DNA from: a virus
Lineage: Duplodnaviria; Caudoviricetes
Length of the DNA: 32,299 nucleotides
IMG/VR virus record: IMGVR_UViG_3300012667_000312
Span: 1 to 32,299 of that record
Reading direction: 5' to 3' (one strand)
Shown here: positions 25,150-32,299 of the stretch, piece after piece
How the letters are laid out: every line of letters starts with the position of its first letter
How positions within the stretch are numbered: the first letter of the stretch is position 1
The notes under the pieces: model-generated
What the model saw: only the letters and a program-made list of their open reading frames with translations
Database searches by the model: none
What the model was told of the DNA's origin: nothing
Translations under genes and position numbers: made by a program

Positions 25150-27020
25150 TAAGCGAAATCTCAATAAATAAAGTAAAAGACTCTGCTAAAATTGTTGATG
25201 TGATTTCTGATTATTTAGAACTTAAAAAAAATGGTGCAAATTATATTTGTTTAAGTCCTTTTAGTAATGAAAAAAATCCATCATTTACAGTTAGTCAATC
25301 TAAAAATATATTTAAATGTTTTAGTACAGGTAAAGGAGGTGATTGTATTACATTTTTAATGGAATATAAAAAAATCAATTATATTGATGCTATTAAACTT
25401 TTAGCTGAAAAGTATGTAATAGAGTTAATTGAAGAAAAAAACACCTCAAAACAAACTTATACACGTCCTATATGGAAAAATAATACTATCTTATCTGATA
25501 AGGTTATTAAATGGTTTGAAAATGAAAGAAAAATATCTCAAAACACTTTAAATGATTTAAAAATTAGTGAGGGTATTGAATGGATGCCTAAAAAAAATGA
25601 TTCAAAAGGTCATAATATAAATACTATTCAATTTAATTATTTTATTGATAATAAATTAATTAATACAAAATTTAGAGATTCTTTAAAAATGTTTAAACTA
25701 GTTTCAGGAGCTGAATTAGTTTTATATAATTTAGATTCTTTAAATGGTCATACAAGTTGCTTTATTACAGAAGGTGAAATTGATGCCTTAACTTTACATG
25801 AATGTGGTTTCAAAAATGTTATTTCTGTACCAAACGGAGCAAGTAAAGGAAAAAATAATTTAACCTATTTAGATAATTCAATACAATACCTTGAGCATAT
25901 TACTGAATTTATACTTTGTTTGGATAATGATGAAAATGGTAATAAATTAAAAGATGAACTTGCAAGACGTTTAGGATTTGAAAATTGTAAAACAGTTACT
26001 TTTAAAGATTGTAAAGACGCAAATGAATGTTTAATTAAATATGGTAAACAAACTATAATTAATTCAATTAAAGATGCTAAAGAGTTTCCAATAGTTGGCG
26101 TATTTAATTCACATGATATTGAAAATGATATTTTAGATTATTATAATAATGGTTTACCTGAAGGTACTGGAATTAATATGGCTGAAATAGATACTAATAT
26201 TAGATTTCACCAAGGTTATTTAACAATGTTAACTGGAATACCTGGACATGGAAAATCAGAATTTTTAGATTTTTTATTATGTAGATTAAATTTATCAGAT
26301 GATAATTGGAAAACAGCTTATTTTAGTCCTGAAAATCATCCACTTCAATTACATTTTAGTAAACTTGCAGAAAAATTAATAGGAAAATCATTTGATAAAA
26401 AAAGTAACAATAGATTAAGTCCTATTGATTTAAGAAATGCTATTGATTATTGTAGTGAAAATTTTTATTTTATTAATCCTGAAGAAGATTTTTCAATTAA
26501 TTCTATTTTAAAAAGCGTTAAAGAATTAATTAAACGAAAAGGAATAAAAGCATTTGTTATTGATGCATGGAATAAATTAGACCATAAAAGAGGTAATAAA
26601 GATAAAAATGATTATATAAGTGAAACTTTAGACATTATTATAAAATTTTGCGAACGTAATTTAATTCATTGTTTTTTAGTTGCTCATCCTACAAAAATGG
26701 GTAAGGATAAAGACGGAAAACCTGAAATACCTAGTTTATATAATATTTCAGATTCAGCTCATTTTTTTAATAAAACAGCAAATGGTATTTGTGTTTATAG
26801 AAATTTTGAAACTGGATGTGTAGAAATTCATATTCAAAAAGTAAAATTTAAACATTGGGGACAAACATCAACAGTACATTTAGCGTGGAATAAAGATAAT
26901 GGACGTTATTATAAAGGTTCTCCAAATAATGAGAATTGGTTAAGTTACGAAAAACCATTACAAAACAATACTAACTTTTTAAATGATATAATTTTTAATA
27001 ACGAAGAAACACCATTTTAA
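25146..27020 (+). CDS. Primase-helicase (CHC2-like, TOPRIM and SF4 helicase domains)
   Basis: SPF.NEKNPSF; ITEGEIDAL, SVPNGA, LDND..G, KDANE (TOPRIM); TGIPGHGKS Walker A, FVIDAWN Walker B, VAHP. Confidence 0.92.
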   Translation: MISEISINKVKDSAKIVDVISDYLELKKNGANYICLSPFSNEKNPSFTVSQSKNIFKCFSTGKGGDCITFLMEYKKINYIDAIKLLAEKYVIELIEEKNTSKQTYTRPIWKNNTILSDKVIKWFENERKISQNTLNDLKISEGIEWMPKKNDSKGHNINTIQFNYFIDNKLINTKFRDSLKMFKLVSGAELVLYNLDSLNGHTSCFITEGEIDALTLHECGFKNVISVPNGASKGKNNLTYLDNSIQYLEHITEFILCLDNDENGNKLKDELARRLGFENCKTVTFKDCKDANECLIKYGKQTIINSIKDAKEFPIVGVFNSHDIENDILDYYNNGLPEGTGINMAEIDTNIRFHQGYLTMLTGIPGHGKSEFLDFLLCRLNLSDDNWKTAYFSPENHPLQLHFSKLAEKLIGKSFDKKSNNRLSPIDLRNAIDYCSENFYFINPEEDFSINSILKSVKELIKRKGIKAFVIDAWNKLDHKRGNKDKNDYISETLDIIIKFCERNLIHCFLVAHPTKMGKDKDGKPEIPSLYNISDSAHFFNKTANGICVYRNFETGCVEIHIQKVKFKHWGQTSTVHLAWNKDNGRYYKGSPNNENWLSYEKPLQNNTNFLNDIIFNNEETPF

Positions 27021-27022
27021 CA

Positions 27023-27244
27023 ATGAAAAAAGAAACGATTATAAAATTAATGAATGATGAAGTATATAATTACTCAAATCATTACAATGCTATTTACTTT
27101 CAACCTAAAACAGGTAAATTTTTATATGCTGATACTTATATAAATAATGAAATTGTAAATGATTTAATAAATGATAAAATAATAACTTACATAGGTAACT
27201 GTATTCATCAATCTGAGAAAATGCTTAAATACATATCAATATGA
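27023..27244 (+). CDS. Hypothetical protein (73 aa)
   Basis: Tightly packed ORF. Confidence 0.6.
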   Translation: MKKETIIKLMNDEVYNYSNHYNAIYFQPKTGKFLYADTYINNEIVNDLINDKIITYIGNCIHQSEKMLKYISI

Positions 27245-27357
27245 AAATCCTAAGAATATACACAATAGACGGCATTCAGCTAGTTGACTATGAGATTAAC
27301 GGACATTTTAATACTATGCCGTATGTTTACTTTAAATCTAAATACGAAGTTAAATGA
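27241..27357 (+). CDS. Hypothetical protein (38 aa, MKILRIYTID...)
   Basis: Not in the ORF track; ATGA overlaps at both ends. Confidence 0.6.
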   Translation: MKILRIYTIDGIQLVDYEINGHFNTMPYVYFKSKYEVK

Positions 27358-27542
27358 CACATTACATAGGCGAAAAATACACCTATCCAAACAGTAAAAA
27401 AAAATACATTTTAACGGAAGTTAGAAATAATATTTATTTTTTTGCTTGCGGTCATTGGTGTACAGATAATGTATTTTTAGATTTGATTAGATGCAAAACT
27501 AATATTCAAAATTATCAAAACAATCAACTAACTATTTTTTAA
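27354..27542 (+). CDS. Hypothetical protein (62 aa)
   Basis: CGHWC motif; ends QLTIF; coupled to both neighbours. Confidence 0.6.
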   Translation: MTHYIGEKYTYPNSKKKYILTEVRNNIYFFACGHWCTDNVFLDLIRCKTNIQNYQNNQLTIF

Positions 27543-28027
27543 TGATCCCACTACAACAACTAACAGAGCTTGACTGGCAAATACGATGTTCTGAGTCACG
27601 GATGCCGCCTGAATATATTGTAAGAACGAAGTTTACCGATAAGACAGCCAACGGACTAACCAAGGCAATAGTTAAATGGATTAACCTTAATGGCTACCAA
27701 GCTGAGAGAATAAGCACGTCTGGCCGTTGGGTTGATAACTCTAAGGTGGTTACCGATGTTTTGGGAAATCAAAAAAAGATAGGAAGCGGTAAATATATTA
27801 AAGGTTCGGGAACGAAAGGTTCAGCGGATATTAGTAGTACAATACCAATTAATATAAATGGTAAAAAAATTGGTGTTTCTGTAAAATGGGAGGTAAAGAT
27901 TGGTAAAGATATTCAATCGGATTTTCAAAAGGAATATCAAAAAAATATTGAGAAAGCTGGAGGTTATTATTTTATTGTAAAATCTTTTGCTGATTTCATG
28001 GATAAATATATACAATTGACTAAATAA
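27542..28027 (+). CDS. VRR-NUC-like PD-(D/E)xK nuclease (possible resolvase)
   Basis: GSADI, WEVK..KD.QS..QK, GG.Y.IV.S motifs. Confidence 0.8.
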   Translation: MIPLQQLTELDWQIRCSESRMPPEYIVRTKFTDKTANGLTKAIVKWINLNGYQAERISTSGRWVDNSKVVTDVLGNQKKIGSGKYIKGSGTKGSADISSTIPININGKKIGVSVKWEVKIGKDIQSDFQKEYQKNIEKAGGYYFIVKSFADFMDKYIQLTK

Positions 28028-28047
28028 TAGTACTTTAGTAAAATGAT

Positions 28048-28160
28048 TAGTTAGGTAAAGGAATAGCACAAACAACTGTAATGAGTTACGCAATTCTCAC
28101 ATTAAACAAAATATTGATCAACGCTGTAGAGCGGAAGCGTGTTAAACTTTTACCTGACTA
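28048..28160 (+). ncRNA. Structured RNA element upstream of the sigma-like gene
   Basis: 14-bp closing helix 28048-61/28147-60 enclosing further hairpins. Confidence 0.55.
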
Positions 28161-28172
28161 TAAATAAATATA

Positions 28173-28691
28173 GTGACAAAACAACAACAAATAACAGAAT
28201 TATTCAAAGACACCTCGTTAAAAAACAACGCTCGGAAGTTATGCAACAACCGAGACATATTTAACGATTTATTTCAAGAAACTTTTATTTATTTGTTGGA
28301 ACTGCCTGACGAAAAGTTCAACCGAATAAATAACCTTAAGGCTTTCGCATTTACTGTAATGTTCGGCAAGGCTAATAGTCAGGCGCGTAACTATAACCTA
28401 AACGGAAAAGACAACGTACTTTTTGAAATGTCTAACAAGTTTGGAATCTTTGACGGCACGAATATAGCTCACAATGAATATAACCATAAGATAGATGAAG
28501 ACTTTGATAAGGTCATATCATATTTGAACACCGATAATACTATTAAAGAAACAGATGTTTATGTTTTATTTGAATCAACAAACGATAAGACTTTAAAAGA
28601 ATTATCAAAAGACTTAGATATGAGTTACCATACTATTAGATTAAACAGAAAGAAACTAATAAAAAAGATAATTAACAATGTAGTATTATAG
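28173..28691 (+). CDS. ECF-type sigma70-like factor (probable late transcription factor), GTG start
   Basis: Region-2-like ARKLC.NRD..NDLFQETFIYL and region-4-like HTH KTLKELSKDLDMSYHTIR. Confidence 0.75.
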   Translation: MTKQQQITELFKDTSLKNNARKLCNNRDIFNDLFQETFIYLLELPDEKFNRINNLKAFAFTVMFGKANSQARNYNLNGKDNVLFEMSNKFGIFDGTNIAHNEYNHKIDEDFDKVISYLNTDNTIKETDVYVLFESTNDKTLKELSKDLDMSYHTIRLNRKKLIKKIINNVVL

Positions 28692-28692
28692 T

Positions 28693-28731
28693 ACCTCGAA
28701 CGCTTCCCATGAACAGCGCACCAGTCGAGGT
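28693..28731 (+). promoter_or_regulatory. GC-rich hairpin directly after the sigma gene
   Basis: ACCTCGA/TCGAGGT plus inner CGCT/AGCG; only a weak U tail. Confidence 0.5.
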
Positions 28732-28742
28732 CATTTTAAATT

Positions 28743-28883
28743 ATGACAATAATTGAGGCAATACAAGTATTAAAGCATCACCATTACTGGAGACTAGGCG
28801 CTACTATTGAGCCGTTTGACCCGAATGTAGTTACGGAAGCAATGAAAGTAATTATTAAACACTATGAGCTATATAAAGAATAA
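28743..28883 (+). CDS. Hypothetical protein (46 aa, MTIIEAIQVLKHHHYWRLG...)
   Basis: Not in the ORF track; fills the gap. Confidence 0.65.
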   Translation: MTIIEAIQVLKHHHYWRLGATIEPFDPNVVTEAMKVIIKHYELYKE

Positions 28884-29076
28884 TAAAGATTTTATTTTAG
28901 GTGTGGTTGCATATGGTAACAAGCCTGATATGTCTAATAAGATAGCGGCTAATATAATTGCTGAATATGAAGAGATAACGGGTATTAAAGTAAACAGAAA
29001 GCAATGTTTCACTTGCGGGAAAAATAATATTTTTGACAAAATTTACTTATATGCAAAAGATAGTAATTTATGGTAA
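28864..29076 (+). CDS. Hypothetical protein with CFTC motif (70 aa)
   Basis: ORF preceding the terminase module. Confidence 0.65.
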   Translation: MSYIKNNKDFILGVVAYGNKPDMSNKIAANIIAEYEEITGIKVNRKQCFTCGKNNIFDKIYLYAKDSNLW

Positions 29077-29083
29077 TATGCTT

Positions 29084-29091
29084 TATCTTTG
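29084..29091 (+). promoter_or_regulatory. Host-type -7 promoter box upstream of the terminase genes
   Basis: Intergenic TATCTTTG; no clear -33 box. Confidence 0.55.
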
Positions 29092-29159
29092 CAAACAACG
29101 CTGTGAGATACAACTGCTAAGAGGGAAATTTAACAACATAATAATATTTTTGAATTAAA

Positions 29160-29210
29160 ATGCAAGACGAATACGAACACATAAACTTTTGGAACGATGG
29201 CAAAGCATAA
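29160..29210 (+). CDS. 16-aa upstream ORF MQDEYEHINFWNDGKA overlapping the terS start
   Basis: A-rich TTAAAATG start context; overlaps terS by 14 nt. Confidence 0.4.
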   Translation: MQDEYEHINFWNDGKA

Positions 29211-29646
29211 ATACATAGAAACTCCCGAAAAACTTTTAGAGTTATTTAAAGGTTATACAAATGAGGTTAAATCTAATCCTAGAAAGAAACATGTATTTGT
29301 TGGTAAGGATGGAAAAAGCGAATATGAGCTTTTAGAGAGACCTTTGACGATGGAAGGGTTTAGAGTATATTGTTTTATAGAAGCTGGCTGTATTAAGCAT
29401 TATTTCGATAATACAGATAATAGATACGATGAATATAGTACTATCTGTTCGCATATAAGAGATATAATTAGAAATGACCAAATAGATGGCGGTATGGTAG
29501 GACAGTATAACCCATCCATAACACAAAGATTAAATGGCTTAGTTGAGAAAACTGAAAATAAGAACGAAAATACTAATATAGACTATCATGCCGGTTTCAA
29601 TAACGCTTTACAGTCCTCATCACAACCAAGCAAAGATTCACAATAG
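29197..29646 (+). CDS. terS: Terminase small subunit (P22 gp3-like DNA packaging protein)
   Basis: IETPEKL.ELF..Y, RPLTMEGF and DQI.GGMVG.YN..ITQRLNGL motifs; directly upstream of terL. Confidence 0.85.
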   Translation: MAKHKYIETPEKLLELFKGYTNEVKSNPRKKHVFVGKDGKSEYELLERPLTMEGFRVYCFIEAGCIKHYFDNTDNRYDEYSTICSHIRDIIRNDQIDGGMVGQYNPSITQRLNGLVEKTENKNENTNIDYHAGFNNALQSSSQPSKDSQ

Positions 29647-30778
29647 CATAAACAACGAGCCTTACAAATACTATGTGTTAAACATAGGTAGGCAGTTCGG
29701 TAAATCATTGTTAGCTATGAACCAATGCTACTATTGGGCCTTCAATGAAAAGAGCGTACAGATAGCGTGGGTTTCTCCTATTTATAAACAAGCTAAGAAA
29801 GTCTTTGATGAAATGGTTAAGGCTTTCGATAATAGTAATTTAATCACATCGAATGCAAGTGAACTAATAATTAAGACTAAGAATAACTCAACTATTCAGT
29901 TTTTTTCAGCTGAACGTTATGACAACTTGAGGGGCTTTACATTTGATTACTTAGTATGTGATGAGTTCGCCTTTATAGATGAAAGAGCATGGACTGAAGT
30001 TTTGAGGGCCACTGTTTTAGTTAAGGGTAAGAAAGTTTTATTAATATCAACTCCAAAGGGTAAAAACCATTTCTATAACTTATTTAACCTAGACGGAATT
30101 AACCCCGCTTACAAGTCATTTAAGATGACTTCATATGATGGATTAGCTCAGGCCGATGAAATAGATGGGGCGCGTCATACTTTGCCTGATAATGTATTTA
30201 AACAAGAATACCTTGCAGAATTTATCGATAGTGGTTCGGGTGTGTTTAGTAACATCACAATTAATGAGAATCCCGAACGAACAGCACGCTATTTTGCTGG
30301 TATTGACTTGGGTAGGGCCGATGATTATACTGTTATAGTAATTTTAAACGAACGTGGGCAAATGGTCTTATGTGAACGTTGGCGGCACAATACTTGGTCG
30401 AATATAGTTGATGCATTACTAAGCGTTTTAAGACGTTTTAACGCATCGTGTAAAGTTGAGGTAAATAGTATAGGGGATGTTATATTTGAGCAGTTACAAG
30501 CCAAATACACAAACATAGAGCCATTTACTACTACAAGCAAAAGCAAACAGGATGCTGTTGAGGCTTTACAGGTAGCTATTCAAAACAATGAATTTAGTTT
30601 ATTAGAGATAGACTGGCTTAAAAAAGAGTTTGATATTTTTACCTATGAATATTCGCATAAGACTAGGAATATAAAGTATTCAGCTCCGCAAGGTTTTCAT
30701 GATGATGGAGTCATGGCTTGTTGTATAGCTTATAATGCTTTGAAGTCTAGATTTACCAACATTATAGATATCGTTTAA
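29588..30778 (+). CDS. terL: Terminase large subunit
   Basis: GRQFGKS Walker A, LVCDEFA Walker B, ISTPKG motif III, GIDLG and HDDGV nuclease motifs. Confidence 0.95.
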   Translation: MPVSITLYSPHHNQAKIHNSINNEPYKYYVLNIGRQFGKSLLAMNQCYYWAFNEKSVQIAWVSPIYKQAKKVFDEMVKAFDNSNLITSNASELIIKTKNNSTIQFFSAERYDNLRGFTFDYLVCDEFAFIDERAWTEVLRATVLVKGKKVLLISTPKGKNHFYNLFNLDGINPAYKSFKMTSYDGLAQADEIDGARHTLPDNVFKQEYLAEFIDSGSGVFSNITINENPERTARYFAGIDLGRADDYTVIVILNERGQMVLCERWRHNTWSNIVDALLSVLRRFNASCKVEVNSIGDVIFEQLQAKYTNIEPFTTTSKSKQDAVEALQVAIQNNEFSLLEIDWLKKEFDIFTYEYSHKTRNIKYSAPQGFHDDGVMACCIAYNALKSRFTNIIDIV

Positions 30779-30797
30779 CTAATTTTTTAATACTTAA
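30769..30797 (+). promoter_or_regulatory. Putative late promoter PL4 (TATC-N16-AATACTTAA)
   Basis: Overlaps the end of terL; 5 nt before ATG 30803. Confidence 0.7.
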
Positions 30798-30802
30798 GAA
30801 AG

Positions 30803-31399
30803 ATGAAATTTGAAGACTTAACAATAAAACAATACATTGACTTATTAAATGTAGATAGTTTAGATACTAGCGATATTGATAAGAAAATTAAGAAACTAGC
30901 TATTGTTTTAGGAAAAAAAGAAAGCGAAGTTGAGGCTATGCCGATTACAGCATTTGAGAATATTGGATTCTTAAGCAACATCCCAAAACAACTGAAATTC
31001 AAAGAGAAAACAAGGATCGGCTTTAAAACTTACAAAGCGTGTACTAATCTTAATGATATTGGGGTAAATCAGTTAGTTGATTTCTATTCTTTAAACAAAT
31101 CAAACGCACCTATAAATGAATTACTTGCTGTAGTGTATAGGCCTTACAATCCTGATAAGCACAAAGAGATTTCAGAGGCTTTCCTATCTAAAAAAGTAGG
31201 CGATGTGTTAGGTACTGTTTTTTTTTTCAAACACTACTATTTGAAATGCGAGAAACATATAGCGGAATATTTGGAGAGCCAATTACAATTAGTGAAGACG
31301 TTTCAAATGGAGATACAGAACGACAAAGAGTTCATGGATTCCTTGAGCACTGGGGATGGGAATACAACATCGACTTATGCGCAGAAAACGAACGGATAA
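30803..31399 (+). CDS. Tail assembly chaperone-like protein (gpG analogue, 198 aa)
   Basis: EDLTIKQYI, LAVVYRP and VFFF at a T10 slippery run. Confidence 0.6.
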   Translation: MKFEDLTIKQYIDLLNVDSLDTSDIDKKIKKLAIVLGKKESEVEAMPITAFENIGFLSNIPKQLKFKEKTRIGFKTYKACTNLNDIGVNQLVDFYSLNKSNAPINELLAVVYRPYNPDKHKEISEAFLSKKVGDVLGTVFFFKHYYLKCEKHIAEYLESQLQLVKTFQMEIQNDKEFMDSLSTGDGNTTSTYAQKTNG

Positions 31400-31503
31400 C
31401 ATGGGATGATGTTTATTTATGGAATGTAACAAGGTTTCTGAATAAGATAAGTTATTTAAAAGATAAGGGTAAATTTTTAATTGCGTTAAATGGCAATAGA
31501 TAA
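31225..31503 (+). CDS. -1 frameshift extension (gpGT analogue, about 233 aa in total)
   Basis: The -1 frame is open from the T10 run (31218-27) into the ORF encoding FLEHWGWEYNI...V..WNV..FL. Confidence 0.6.
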   Translation, partial: FQTLLFEMRETYSGIFGEPITISEDVSNGDTERQRVHGFLEHWGWEYNIDLCAENERITWDDVYLWNVTRFLNKISYLKDKGKFLIALNGNR

Positions 31504-32077
31504 AAAAATAGATGAAATTTTAGTTGAGTTTGGGATGAAACTCGAACAGGACTTGCAGAATAGTTTAGCTGAAAAAGTTAATCGTTCACGAACTAACAAG
31601 AAAGGTAAGACGATTAATAGTAAGGCTTATAACCCTCGTTTATCGGGTAAGATTAAATCTTTACCTATTAAACACATGGGCGACTTAACTGAATACATTT
31701 TACAGATGCCTTTATACGGTAAAGCATTAGACGGTGGAAGGGGAAAAACAAAAGAGCCGGGTAATGGTTCATTAAGAAAAAATTTAGTTGACTGGATTAA
31801 GCGAAGAAACATTGATGTGATGATTTCTAAACGCAAGCAAGAAAAACTAGCAAGGGTTAAGAATAAGAAAATTAAGAAAGCTGCTAAACAAAGAAATTAC
31901 GAGGATGCCGTTAAATCGTTGGCTTACGGAATAGCGAAGAGCATTCATGAAAACGGCTATGATGGAAACCAATTTTTCAGCGAAGTAATTAACGATGGCC
32001 GACTTGAAAAACTAGAAAGAGATTTAATGGAAGCGGCACAAAATGAAGTATTGATTGAAATAACAAAGAAATTTTAA
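31490..32077 (+). CDS. Basic neck/tail-completion-like protein (195 aa)
   Basis: MP.YG..LD.GR, L..WIK.R and AY.IAKSI...G motifs. Confidence 0.55.
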   Translation: MAIDKKIDEILVEFGMKLEQDLQNSLAEKVNRSRTNKKGKTINSKAYNPRLSGKIKSLPIKHMGDLTEYILQMPLYGKALDGGRGKTKEPGNGSLRKNLVDWIKRRNIDVMISKRKQEKLARVKNKKIKKAAKQRNYEDAVKSLAYGIAKSIHENGYDGNQFFSEVINDGRLEKLERDLMEAAQNEVLIEITKKF

Positions 32078-32078
32078 A

Positions 32079-32299
32079 ATGGCACTAACTATAACACAAT
32101 ACCCACTTAGTAAAACACCGGCATATAATGACCAGTGGTTCATTGGGTCATCTAATCAAACAGCTATCAGTGATTTTTATTATAAAATAGATTTTACTTG
32201 CAATTCTGTTACCTTAACAGAAAAGGTACTTCCTGACTTGAATGGTCGCTTTGTTTACAACGCTAAGGAGAAAGCAAAGAATTTTATAGAACATTATTT
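32079..32299 (+). CDS. 5' part of the 376-aa tail protein that continues at 3..965
   Basis: MALTITQYPLSKTPAYN... is open to the end of the window. Confidence 0.85.
   Translation, partial: MALTITQYPLSKTPAYNDQWFIGSSNQTAISDFYYKIDFTCNSVTLTEKVLPDLNGRFVYNAKEKAKNFIEHY
32245..32299. repeat. Terminal direct repeat, copy 2
   Basis: Identical to 1-55. Confidence 0.98.

Larger units (their letters stand above)
1..32299 (+). mobile_element. Complete circularly permuted tailed phage genome (siphovirus-like, probable Bacteroidota host), 32,244 bp unique length
   Basis: 55-bp terminal identity with an ORF continuous across it; terminase, portal, protease, capsid, tail, lysis and replication modules all present; no host genes. 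Confidence 0.95.

Noticed and set aside
28062-28140. c-di-GMP-I riboswitch or hammerhead identity for the pre-sigma RNA
   Set aside because: CAAAC...GTAA...ACGCAA is only loosely similar, the expected P2/P3 pairing could not be built, and there is no CUGANGA/GAAA core. Left unassigned pending cmscan.
28095-29108. Long-range pairing TCTCACA (28095) with TGTGAGA (29102) as a fourth kissing pair
   Set aside because: Only 7 nt, 1 kb apart, in the opposite order to leaders A-C and without the terminator hairpin; likely chance.
215-31836. All minus-strand ORFs in the track, plus nested + ORF 27821 region antisense calls
   Set aside because: They are antisense shadows of well-supported + strand genes or cross promoters and terminators, with no recognisable motifs.
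1-32299. Stop-codon reassignment, tRNA genes, introns or inteins
   Set aside because: Genes tile densely under the standard code and end in TAA, TAG and TGA; no cloverleaf seen; terL, capsid and helicase are uninterrupted and of normal or compact size.

Overview
The window is an apparently complete 32,244-bp circularly permuted genome of a tailed dsDNA phage with siphovirus-type gene content. Bases 1-55 are identical to 32245-32299, and an ORF reads through that junction. The host is probably Bacteroidota (likely Flavobacteriia), based on TAnnTTTG promoters, A-rich starts lacking Shine-Dalgarno sequences, a DUF5675-type endolysin and a Zn-less DnaG-type N-terminus. All credible genes lie on the + strand: tail tip, fibre and tape measure; protease, scaffold and capsid; tail tube; portal; adaptors; fibres; lysis; early microproteins; HNH, SSB, MazG, ERF, ParB-like and Gp157; replication initiator and primase-helicase; VRR-NUC; ECF-like sigma; TerS and TerL; tail chaperone. 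I recognise no integrase, repressor, DNA polymerase, tRNA or CRISPR array. The most interesting signals are regulatory. (1) Three leader RNAs differ in sequence but share a structure: each starts right after a host-type promoter, and its 5' end pairs with the loop of a downstream terminator-like hairpin (kissing loop or pseudoknot), each with its own loop sequence. (2) A bipartite motif TATC-N15/16-AATACTTAA precedes four structural operons and is a candidate promoter for the phage sigma factor, whose gene is itself preceded by a ~113-nt structured RNA. (3) The portal carries a winged-HTH and a Cys/His domain at its C-terminus. (4) A T10 -1 frameshift site sits in a tail chaperone gene placed after terL. 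(5) Iterons phased at 10 bp lie inside the initiator gene. All family assignments come from recognising motifs by eye; no searches were run.
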